Assembly: GCA_020536535.1 (NCBI GenBank)
Contig: JAHLWZ010000885.1
Span: 1-59,404 of the forward strand
Direction of reading: 5' to 3'
DNA length: 59,404 nt
From: Pelomyxa schiedti
Lineage: Eukaryota > Protista > Evosea
Position numbers and translations under genes: made by a program. Below are positions 1 through 15,038 of this stretch, in pieces. The notes beneath the pieces were generated by a model, which saw nothing but the letters and a program-made list of their open reading frames with translations, made no database searches and was not told the DNA's origin. Each line of letters opens with the position of its first letter. Positions within the stretch are counted from its first letter, which is position 1.

Positions 1-118
1 TTACGTCGCCAACAGTGAGATTCACAGAGACTCGGATCGTAAACTCCGGCACTGAAGGTGACATTGACCGTATCGTAACATCGACATCCGGCACTGATGA
101 CGCATCAGATCTACTCAT
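1..118 (-). CDS. 5' end of a probable ubiquitin-like-domain protein (runs off the window edge)
   Basis: ATG at 118 reads MSRSDASSVPDVDVTIRSMSPSVPEFTIRVSVNLTVGDV. The beta-beta-'TVGDVK' pattern is typical of the start of a UBL fold. Only 39 codons are visible. Confidence 0.45.
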   Translation of the reverse strand, partial: MSRSDASSVPDVDVTIRSMSPSVPEFTIRVSVNLTVGDV

Positions 119-472
119 CGCGGCACCACTTCGTTCTTCCTTAATATTAATAAATGATTTTTCGGTTTGACACCTTAAATGTCAGCTTGCAGATTCGGTG
201 AGGGTGACGAGGCTTACCACGTGTTGCAGAGACCCTGGCCCTTCAGATTTTTTGGTACTCCGATAAGCCCGGTTCTTGTCTTCAGGTTTTCCTCTCTCTT
301 TTCATCTGCGACGAATTCAGCAACCCCGAATTGAAGAAGTTCACCTTTTTTTTTTTATGTGTTGTCGAGCAACACACAGCCATCGTCAACTATTATAGAC
401 ACCCGCAAAAACAACAAAGCAGGAACTTTCTCGACTAATTTTGAGTGTGGCATTCGTTCCCTGCGCGTTTGT

Positions 473-2442
473 ATGGATCGGCCAAATGACGACGCTCAGT
501 CAGGTAAGTTCCAAAAAAAAAAAAAAAGCTTTTCCCTATACATTGACCTATTCGAAATAAATTAAAAAAGTCTATAACCCGTAACGAATGTTCGTCAGAG
601 GCGAACCAGCGAGATCTGGACCAACTACACAGAGATCAGACCCACTCTCAAAACGTCCTGCTGTCTCAGCAGATTGAGCAACAGCAGCGGCAACAAGAAG
701 ACCACATGCACCAAAAGTGCGCAATGGAAAACGAGCACAAGGTGCAGCAACTCTCCCTGAAGTTGGAGCAGATCCAGCAGCGCCAGAAACTCGACGAGTT
801 TCACTCTGGGCAGCAGCACCAGCTGCAGCAGATTCAGCACGACCAGCAGCAGCAATTTGCGAACCAGCCCCCCGCTCAGCAACAGATGCTGCACCATTTG
901 CAGCAGCAGCAACAGCAGCAGCTGGATCAGACACACAGGGCGCAGCAGTGCCAGCTTATGCAGCAACACCACGCCCAGGACGAGACACAGCGACAACAGC
1001 AAAGCATCGAGACGCACGCGCAGGAGGCCTCGCACCAGGAAATAAGGTCGCGCCAGCAGCAGCAACAGCTGGAGCAGCAGCAGCTGCAACATAATATATT
1101 TACTCAGGAGTGCCAAAACTTGCAGGCGCATCATTTGGCACAGCAGCACGGCTCTGGCCAGACCTCTCCTGGTCAGTCGACACCCATACTCCAAACACTG
1201 GTAGGTTCTCCTCAGCACTCCCCCTTTCAGGAACAACAACGGTCTCCCCCTACACCGCCCCAACCGCAATCCCTGGAGCAACGCTCACCACAACCGCACT
1301 CACCACAAACGCCCTCACCACAACAGCCCTCGCCACAGCAGCACTCACCACAAGTGCAGTCCCTACCGCCACAACCACCACCGCAGACACAAGTTCAACC
1401 AATTACACAACCCACGCAACAGTACTCACCTCAGACACGGGCACAACAAGCTTCTCCAAGTGGACCTTTAAATGGACAACACACTTCCCCACAGGTACAA
1501 CAAACACCCCTACAAGAAAGCTCACCACAGACACAGCAATCTTCATCACAGGTACAACACATTTCGCCACAGGTGCAACAACATTCGCCGCCACTGGTAG
1601 GTCCCCAGCCCTCCCCTCAACATAATCTGCAACAGGTATCATCTCCACAACCTAAATCCCCAACAAAAAATCTTCCGCAGGATCTGGGAGGTGAGGCTTC
1701 AACAACAAGAAAACTTGACGAGCCACAACCCAAGAGAAAACCCTACCATCCACGTAAGCCACCTGCTTTAGGAAACCAAGACTACAGTGTTTGGTCTCTG
1801 TCGACCAATTCTTGTACGTACAATTCAAGTGGTTCTTCCCCTACAGCGCAACACCCATCTACTGTTGAAACAGCCCCAGGTGCATCTGTAACTTCTAACC
1901 ACCTTCCTATACGTTGCTCCGGGCACACCGCAACTGCCCATCAACCATACTACAAGCGTGTGGCTGTCAAACACCACGCAGGACATTCAACCAGGACTGC
2001 TGTCGAAGGTAGTATGAGTAGCAGTACCATTACCGGCAGCGATTACCAAATGCACTTCAGCACCCTCTACTTTACCAGTTCGACTGTGCGAACTACAAAT
2101 TCCTACAGCAGTGACAGCAGCTCCACGAGTGATAGCCTCAGCGATACCGACAGCAGCAGCCCGAGTGACTACGATGACCTAGCCTCGAAGACATCACACG
2201 GCATATCCTGGCGCTGCGGAGGCGGCGAGCGCGTTCTCCGGGCACTCTCGCAGCAAGTCAGAGAAAGACCAGACTGGATGCTGCTGGAAATGGTTAGGAA
2301 GTACCCGGTTCTGGCCGACATTGCCGACCGATACACCGCACTCAGAAAGGAAGAAGTTCTGGCCGCCGCACAATCCAAGGCGCCGCATAATGGCGGCAGT
2401 GATGGTTCTGGTCCCAGTACACAGGCCAGTGGGGACTTCTGA
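473..2442 (+). CDS. Gln/Pro/Ser-rich low-complexity protein of unknown function (2 exons)
   Basis: Exon 473-503, GTAAGT...CAG intron 504-598, then in frame with ORF 706..2442. Contains polyQ and SPQ repeats; no recognisable domain. Confidence 0.7.
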
Positions 2443-2830
2443 CCACGCCTGCTTGGCAGGACACTACGAGGCATTCAACTTTTGTACAGAGGAGGAGCCT
2501 GTTGGGTGACTTGGGGCAGAAGAAGCACTTGAAAAAAAAGGGGGTACTGTTGTTTTGACTAAAATTTAAAAAAAAAACAAGTATTTTGGCTTGGAGTAAC
2601 CTCTTCTTTTTACTATCTTTATTAGATTTGAAAGATTAAAGTGCTAGTAAATAAGACCAACGCTATTAGACACGGAAAAGGAGACAGAGGATCTAATTCC
2701 GGCGGGCAAACAGTGACAAACAATAAGAGAGCACAAACGCACATTAAGCCAATCCAGCATACAGCACGCACATACTTCAGATTGCCTTCCAAAAGCTTCA
2801 CATCGGAGTTCAGATTGTCCATTTTGGAGG

Positions 2831-2910
2831 CCAGAGTGCGCAACTTGGTCTTCATATTAAAGTCCAGAGTGCCCAAATCGGTCTTCATATTCAAGTCCAG
2901 AGTGCTCAAT
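2831..2910. repeat. 33-nt coding tandem repeat (about 2.4 copies; TLDxNMKTxLx)
   Basis: ccagagtgc...ggtcttcatatt units start at 2831, 2864 and 2897. Confidence 0.85.
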
Positions 2911-3020
2911 CTGGAGCGCAAATTGTCTTCCAAGAACTCTAGGTTTCTAGAGCCTTTCAGATATTCCACGTCAGAGCGTACTGGAATCAACTCAAGTGAC
3001 AGCTTGTGGTTGGCATCGCC

Positions 3021-3146
3021 GGCGTACTGTACTTCGGAGCTCAGTGACTCTAGTTTTTCCCTGGCGTCCTGTACTTCGGAGCCCAGTGACTCTAGTTTTT
3101 CGCTGGCGTACTGTACCTTGGAGCCCAGTGACGCCAGCTTTTCTTT
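3021..3146. repeat. 42-nt coding tandem repeat x3 (double heptad, EKLESLGSEVQxAx)
   Basis: Units at 3021, 3063 and 3105 are directly visible. Confidence 0.9.
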
Positions 3147-5407
3147 TAGTCTTGAGTTGTCCTGGGTAACGTCGTCGAGCCGCGCAGACAGCGTAGTTTT
3201 GAGAAGCTTGATTTTTCGTTTATGTGTATCCAGCATGTCTTGTTGTGTCTGTTGCGCTGCGTTGAGGGCAGCGACTTGGCTCCTCCAGCTCTCTTCCTGT
3301 GACCGCAGGTCTTTCTTGAGCTTGCCAATTTCGGGTTCCGCTTTATCTATGGGTTGAGTTGATTTGACAAATACGTCAAACAGCTCCTGATTGAACCCTT
3401 TAATTTGGTTTAGTGGTTTTAGGTATGAAGTCACTTACTTCCGGCAGTTGGGACTGCAGTCCAATCAGCACTGGAATATCTCACTGAAAAGAAGAACCTA
3501 CTTCAAGTAAAACCCCTGGGCAAAAAACAGTGGCAAACACAGACCTCCCAAGGGATGCCATTACGGTCAACCAGCATGGGTTGCACTTCGCATATTCACG
3601 CCATGCGTTCTCAATCAAGTCAATTTCCGTTGTAGCTATCTCCAGACTGCAGTACCATTTTTTGGCCAACTGTTTCTCCGTGCCGAAGGCGAGACAAAGG
3701 GGCAGTGTTGCATTATCATCAAGATTCATTTCCTCCAGCATGTGCTTTTGAAACCGAAGGAACTTCTCACGCAATATTTCTTTGTTCTCCAGATAAAGAA
3801 TTTCTGGGATGTAAGCCCTTTCATAGCTAATATTTTTGGTGTTGGCATCAGCTGCTCGCGAGGGGGCTTCTAATGTCGGTAGACGGGTGGGGCAGAGTAA
3901 AGATTGACTTCCTGTATTGCTGGGGAGAGACATGTCCATGGGATGTTGAGACCTTGAAAGTGAAAGGAACTGTTCTTCCTTCTCGGTGTCGAAGGTCCCC
4001 AAGAAGTAACTATCCTTCGCCGCGAGGTTGACACCACAAAAAGTGTATGTGCCCGGTTCCTCACAAGATCCACAACAAATGTACTCATTTTTTCCTTCTT
4101 GAAGTGGTGGTGCTGTTGGAATCGTTATTTCTGTCGTTACTGGGAGACTGTCTTCCTGTGGGGGTCTCATCATAATGTCAAATAAGTCAGCTATCCTGCA
4201 GCCTGAAACCCTTGCCTCACACAACAATTTAGCTTTTTCCAGCCACCGAAATGATTGGACTCGTTCTGAGGATGATGAGGAATACTGTTGCAGGAGTTGT
4301 AATTTGTGCATGAGGGCAAGGTATCTCTTCACACGAGATGACGTTTCTTCGCTATCTTGGCGTGGCGAACGCAAATCGTCGGGAAACAGCAACCAGTGGA
4401 AGATGAAGCATAGCGACTGCAAATCGCAGGCAGGGTCACAAAGCAACCCCATGTGCTGGAAAACTGATGCCCAGCGGGTATTACCTTGGAAGAATGGTGG
4501 GGAGTACAAACTGCACCTGTAATCGATTGCTAATTTGCTCCCTGTAATTTGGCTATGACTATCCCAATCCCGGACAGTTGCCGCCAGGTGAAAATCTACA
4601 ATCTTGACAGGAAGAGTGGGGTCTGGGGGCACAATGATGTGCTCCAACTTGATTCAGAGCCCACACCGCCTTCACCACCCTCGCCGTACAATCGGGATCT
4701 TTCACGTGATTCGCGTCAAGATACGTTGTGCCAACATCCTGAACCAAGAGAACCTTCCGAAACGGGGATCCCTCCTTGAACTTCCCCGTTATGACCAGTG
4801 GAGAGACGTGCTTTGAAGCTTCAGCAGATTCATAAGCCCAGCCATAAGCCGCGCTCTCTTCGTTAGTGTAGATCTTCGCGAAAAATGTGGTGCCGGTCTC
4901 AGATTCCGCGTACACTCCCAGGTGCTTTCCGCCGCTCCAGGCCTTACAATTTTCCCTTGAGCCGGTTGAGTATTCCTCCTTTAAAGTGAGCTTCAAAACG
5001 TCGCCTGGTTGGAAGCCTGTGAATAACACGTTAGTAAACAGCCGTCGAGCGGTGGTCACTATTACATCTGGGCGACGAAGAAGGCGGCATTTCGACGCGC
5101 TTTACATTAAACACGACAGGTACACTGGAAGAAGCTCTTGTGGTCGTAGATTCGCAGTCGTAGCGGACCGCGTCCTCCTGCGACATTTTTGTTTTCTCGA
5201 GCCGGATTGGGTTTTTTTTATGAAAGTAGAGGGAGATCTTCCTTATCAGAGTGCCTCAGTCGCCATCATGGACGTTAAATGTCGCCGCATCACCCTACGC
5301 GGAAATAAAAATTGTTTATTTGGGAAGAGACAAAGAAAAGAAGAAAAACCGCGTTCGACGAAGACGATTTTTCCCCACATCGTCTGACGAGCGGGTATAA
5401 TAATAAG

Positions 5408-7692
5408 ATGACGACCAGTAACAGGGCACAGCGAATGATAGATGGAATGTCAGGGATGCTCAAAGTGAACCCATCGAACTTATCTGGAGCAATCGACGTA
5501 CCCTCGAAACCCCTTTGTTTTGTGGGCCATGCCAACCAAAAAAAAAAAAAGGTCCTTGTTGTCAAAAAGGCAGATGGCACGTTGTGTAGCACCCCATTTT
5601 ACGTTAGATTTGGAAAAATGCAAATACTGAAGCCCAAAGACAAACAGGTACTGCTAGTCACTCTTTTTTTTTTTTTCGGCAAGGGAAATTTCTCTAACTG
5701 GGGGGTGAGTCAGGTGTCCATTTTGATTGACGGAGTACTGAAGCCTGTAACTATGCAGCTAAGCCACACGGGAGAAGCCTATTTCCTAGAATACGAAACA
5801 GACACGTACCATATCCTACTTATTTGGTGAGGCATTAAGTAATAAAGGTGCTGTTGGGAAAAACCAGCTGTTGATGTGTGCACTATTCTTGAAAGTTACA
5901 CGTGGTTGTAAAAATGTACAGGTCTCGGAAGAATCTACTGAAAGTACCACGGCAGAGTACTCTATTTGTTTGCAGTTACTTCAAGATGTAGATACAAAGG
6001 TACTACAGGAATTATTCAACTTCTCTTAAGAAATTGAAAGAGGGCCAATGAAATTTTTGACTCACAAAGAGTCCCCCATGCCACAATTCAAAGTAACCCA
6101 GCTATTTTACGAAACGCGAATGGTGTATTCCGGATAAATGGAAAGTATGACACCAAAATATCCTTGATCTAGTTTATTATTTGAGGGTAGGCTTTACCCT
6201 GGCGAAGTAGGCCTGGTAATGTTGGCATCAGAACCAATTCTAGGAACATCTATTCCTGTCTCAGAAATCACTCCACAAGCAACTAATTCAACAAGTGAAA
6301 CCAATGGGGCTCCACAAAGTCTGTAATTAATACACACTATTTTCAGTTACACCAACAAGGAAGTAGGTTCGTCTTCAGGAAACGCTATTGAATGCACAAT
6401 GACTTCTTCACCAAGCACCCCCTCGGCATCCCCAAGTGCCCCGTCGACGTCTCCAAGTACTCCCTCGACGTCCCCAAGTGCCCCGTCGACTTCGCCAAGT
6501 ACTCCCTCGCCGTCTCCAAGTACGCCCTCGACATCTCCAATTACTCCCTTGACATCGTCAAGTACCCCGTCAACGTCCCCAAGTACACTCCCTTTATCCC
6601 AAAGTACAACCTCCAATACCTCAACAAGCACAGTAACTCCTCTATCGATATCAGGGAGTGGTAATCAAGACACAAATACTACGACCACTACCTCTTCAAC
6701 ATCAGCAGCAACGGTGCCTCCTTCACCCACAGCTTCCACAGCTTCCGCATCTGCAACGAAAGTGAAAACACAAAGACCCTCTACTTCCTTATTGGTATTC
6801 TCCTCTCAATCTACTCTAAATTGACCTTACTTAGGCCCAACTAAATTTAAAACCTGGAATGAACCATGTCACATTTTCAGTCACAAATGGCACGAGTATA
6901 AGGGAGCTGTATGCTGCAATTTATCTTGTCACGGCTCAATCAAAACTGGTCGTCACTGACGTTGACGGAACAGTAACGAAGTTACTACGTTGGTAAAAAT
7001 TTGTGCTCTTGGATCTTACCTCTAAATCAGATCCGATTTTCGAGGGCAGCTCTTCACCTACCTTGGCCAGGATTGGCTTCACAAGAGTGTCGCTCAGCTC
7101 TTCACCAACATATCTCAAAATGGGTACACTGTAGTTTATCTCACATCAAGACCCATTGGACAGGTGTCTTCTTTTTTCCTATTATATCTAACCACAATAG
7201 GCTCGGCAAACACGAGACTTCATAACTTCAGTGACCCAAACTGCAGGGCCTGCCAACTTCTTGTATACACTTCCTATGGGGCCGATCTTTACAACCCCAT
7301 TTCGTCTGTTCGACGCAGTAGATAAAGAAATGATTCATAAGAGACCAGAAGTATACAAAGTTGAGTGCCTTCAGGACATAGTCCAACTTTTCCCGGAGAA
7401 TACCAACCCGATAGTTGCCGGATTCGGGAACAAGAAAACAGTACTCCACACATTTAAAGTTCTTTCAACTACAACCCTTATCGTTGCTGAAGGATCAGTC
7501 TGCCTACCAAATAGCAGGAGTACCAGAGGACAAGATATTTCTCATTAACAGCCGTGAAGAAGTGGAGGTACATTCTGTCATCAAACAGGGGTAAACTGCT
7601 CCTGTCACTTCATTCTTCCAACACTCCACAGTTACACTGATTTGAACTCCCAAGTCAATGACCTCTTCCCTCCTATTCCCCACTCAGACTAG
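5408..7692 (+). CDS. LPIN: Lipin / Mg-dependent phosphatidate phosphatase (multi-exon)
   Basis: N-LIP motifs NPSNLSGAIDVLVV..STPFYVRFGK..MQLSHTGEAYF. C-LIP HAD motif VVTDVDGTVTKSD, plus YLTSRPIGQ and AGFGNKKTD. Stop TAG at 7690-7692. Confidence 0.92.
6408..6590 (+). repeat. 21-nt coding minisatellite (SPSTPST) in the lipin linker
   Basis: ccaagt(a/g)c.ccc/gtcgacgtc. repeated about 8 times. Confidence 0.85.
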
Positions 7693-7807
7693 TAAGCCCC
7701 TTTCGCCCCTCAACCGTCAAAAAAAAAAAAAAGTTTCCCAAAGAAAAAGTAAACAGCAAACGCCCAACTAGGGACAAGAACGAAAGGAAAAAAAAAATCC
7801 CATCAAA

Positions 7808-10115
7808 ATGGCTTCGTCCAACGGCGGAGACACTACGTCGTTGCCGTCTGACCAGCAACCGCCACAAAGTGCAGTTGCACATGACGTGGCAACGTCGACG
7901 ACAGCCGCACAACCGCCGCTCCCGCCCCGCTCCCAATTTGGCGCACTCGACAGCGCCACGGCCGCCAACGACAGCAGCAGCAGCAGCGCCTCCACGCCGT
8001 ACACAGTCGGTGCTGCTGCCACCTCCGCCCATAATGACGGCGGCGCCGCAGCTGATTCCTCCTCCACATCATCAGGCGGCGGGGGCGGCGAAGCAAGCGC
8101 CTTGTACACGCCGGCGTTTGTGGTGTCGTCGGGGTGCATGGGGATGGGCTCTATGCTCGCCGGCCTGTGCGACCTCGCCGGCGGCGGCGGCGGGACATTG
8201 GGGTCAGGCGCCGGCGCCAATGGCAACCCGGCGCAGGGGCCCCCAAGCGGGCCAATCGACGCGACGGCAGCGGCAACTGCAACTGCAACAGCAGCCACCC
8301 CGCTGCCAACCAACGTCGCCACCGCAGCCACCGCCACCACCCCCGCAACAATGTCGGGAAACACCGCGCAGCTGCCCCTTTGCGACTTCGCCGCCGCCTC
8401 TTCCTCCTCCGCCGTGTCTTCTGGTGCCGATTCGGGCTCCGGCGGGAGCTCCCCTCGTTCCCCGACCCTCGCCCGCAGCCCCACGCTGCCCTCTACGCTG
8501 GCTCCGAGGCCCCCGCTGCCGCTGCCTCTGTCGGTGCCGGGGACCGGCTCGCCCGTGCTCCTGCAGCAGCCGCCGCCGCAGCAGCAGCAGCAGCAGCACT
8601 CGTCGCCGTCGCCGTTGTTGTCCTCGCCGCCGCCGCGGTCGCCCGCGTGCTCGCCGTCCCCGTCTCCGTCGCCTTCGCCGCCGCTGCCGCCTCCTCCGAT
8701 GTCGCCGGCAAACTCCCCGCCGCAGTCGCCCAGGCACGGCCCCACTACTTACTTTTCTGGTGCGGGATTTGGGTGTAGCAACCAGGTTTGTGATGGCGGT
8801 GCTGTTGCCTCTCCTAGTATGCAAAATTTCCGGAACTCTCTTGCTCTGTTTTTCCTCTCATCTCTTGTTTTCGAAGTGTGCAATATTTACTTTTGCTATA
8901 GCATTCATGGAAACTGCCACCCAACCTTCGACAATTTGCTCTCTTGGTAATTCCAGCCAAGGATCTAGTGATACAAACCCGACCTCAGGGAATACTGGAA
9001 AGCCTTTTTCATTCTTTGATATATTCCCAACACCACAGTCTGTGCATGTCAACACCCCTCCAGTTGAGCACACTGACTCTTTACCCACATTTAACGTTCC
9101 CAAGAGAACAAACTCTTCACAGGATTCCACTGATAAGCCCTTAGAAACTCTATCCACCCCTCCCTTGAAGCCACCCCAAAGAATGCCTGTCCCACCCCAA
9201 CTCACACCAACAAATCTTGTGAATATCACACAACCATCAGGGTACCAGCTGCCCCAACCTGGACCTCTTTATCCTCCCCTACCATCACCGAGTTTTGTTC
9301 CTCCCATGGGTCTTCCCAATGCTTTACCCACTCCAATTCAAATACCCTTTCCTGGTCTAGCACCGATAACCCTTGGAAACCCTAACCCACCTTCACAGTC
9401 TACACCACAGGTTTTACTTCCGCTACTCATAAAGAATCCCCTCCAGCAAGATACTTCCATATTATCAAGTCCGCAGTCCATCCCAGCTTCACTTGCAGCC
9501 CAACCTGTCTCGCTTTATATGCAACCAACGTTGGCAGGGCCGCAACCTTCAGCACCACCACAATCCCAAATGACTTCGCTTCCGTCAATACCAATTGACC
9601 GGCAACCACTAAGCCACATGCCTCAAGGCTCACAAGCACACCTTACCCACACAATCCCCATATCCTATTCAATGCCAATGCAACAAATGCCCATGTACAA
9701 TCAAATCCAGCAACCAATGCCAATGCAGGTTCCGTCAATTCCAATGGCTTCGATGTCCATGCCACCACCTATTGGGATGCAACAGCCAGCATTTCCTATA
9801 CCACAACCAAATTTTATGGATAACAATTCATTGGTGCAGCAATCTCAGATGGCCCTCATGTTTCATGAACAACAGCAACAACAGCTGTTGTACCAACAAC
9901 AACTCATGTTTGAACAACAGCAGCAGCAACAGATGATGTACCAGATGGGATTCTCTGGAGTGTGCCCCATGCCAACAATTGATTACTATACCAAGTATGC
10001 CAACCACCAAAACTCATTCCCCCTTTTCCCTTTGCTTCTTTTTTTCTCGCTCACCCCACACAGGCAATTCAAAAAGAGGCAAAAGAAGGGCGGCATGTAC
10101 GGCATTCAGTACTAG
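7808..10115 (+). CDS. Ala/Ser/Pro/Gln-rich low-complexity protein of unknown function (about 3 exons)
   Basis: GC-rich exon 1 from ATG 7808 to about 8759, intron to about 8899 (ctatag), P/Q/M-rich exon 2, then a short intron before the basic C-terminus QFKKRQKKGGMYGIQY*. Confidence 0.6.
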
Positions 10116-10200
10116 CTAGTACTGAACCACCTTGAGGCATAGAAAATTACTTTTTTCCTAAAATCAAACATTCCATCCAAACAGCCGAAACACGAACAAG

Positions 10201-14282
<4,082 letters not shown>

Positions 14283-14341
14283 ACTACTACTTTCGTCGCC
14301 CCCCTACCGTCACTGAAGCAACTGTCGTCTGTCAAGTAAAT

Positions 14342-14942
14342 TTAAAAATTTCCGTTTTTAGGAAAAACTGGTTCTCCAACTGAAAAATGTGGCTCGTTTG
14401 TGAAATGCGAGATCAGAGTTCGGGCACTTGGGGTAATGCAAGTAAATATGGGTCATTTTGATGAAACCTCACTACTCTGGTGGGTGGCAGTTGTTTGTGT
14501 CTGAAATGTGCCCACAAATCAGGAACCCTCGTTCTCCCTCCCACAGTCACCAAATGCCACAACAACACCAAGGATATTTTGACCCCTTATTATGCGAGAT
14601 CGGCTTCGAGAGATATCGGCGTTGCTTAGCATGCAGGCTTTTGTGTTAATATCTTTGGGAGATTTGATGAACACAGGTGCGGCCGCTCGCAATCTTGGTT
14701 TCAGGGGTGCCGCAAGAGATGGACATCTGTAAACCACTTCTGAATACCTTCGATGTAGAAAGGGACCCATAATAGGTCACAAGTTCGTGGAGCAGTACAG
14801 CGTCGGGATTGTGCACAGACCTCCTCCTGTCAGCGTAGAAAACATGAAGAGTGGTTCAACATAACGGAAACAGGAGACCCCATGCCACAATTTGGCACCA
14901 AATTTCAGTGTCAAGGAAGGTGTTGTTAGCTGCCCTGCTCAT
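14342..14942 (-). pseudogene. Possible decayed gene with an F-box-like N-terminus and three in-frame TGA codons
   Basis: ATG 14942 reads MSRAANNTFLDTEIWCQIVAW, followed by a GT..CTGACAG intron. The frame then runs to TAA 14342, interrupted only by TGA at 14777, 14519 and 14453. Confidence 0.35.
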
Positions 14943-15038
14943 CAACGGCGGGCGTTAGTTGAACGAAAACTCCAGTCCATCAATCGGCGTTCTGAAGTTT
15001 CCTTCACCAAAAATATCTTTTTTCTCCAAACAGGGACA

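Larger units (their letters stand above)
2622..5090 (-). pseudogene. CK1-like protein kinase + coiled coil + C-terminal TM helices, frameshifted at the catalytic loop
   Basis: ATG 5090 and intron 5017-5065 with TACTAAC. Kinase motifs FAKIY, IKLEHIIV, VKIVDFHLA and GNTRWASVFQHMG..DLQSLCFIF (compare CK1 GTARYASINAHLG..DLESLGY). Frame shifts near 4650. Plausible GT-AG splicing joins it to the coiled-coil/TM ORF 2622..3434. Confidence 0.6.

Noticed and set aside
572-1648. Long antisense and alternative-frame ORFs (Leu-rich 625..1281 and others)
   Set aside because: Shadows of the CAG/CAA polyQ coding strand.
3021-3146. Regularly spaced repeats as a CRISPR-like array
   Set aside because: No unique spacers, in-frame coding heptads and a eukaryotic context.
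7768-8824. Multiple overlapping long ORFs on both strands
   Set aside because: Expected from stop-poor GC-rich low-complexity exons. The 748-aa ORF 7869..10115 is probably an off-frame read of exon 1 plus intron joined to the real exon 2.
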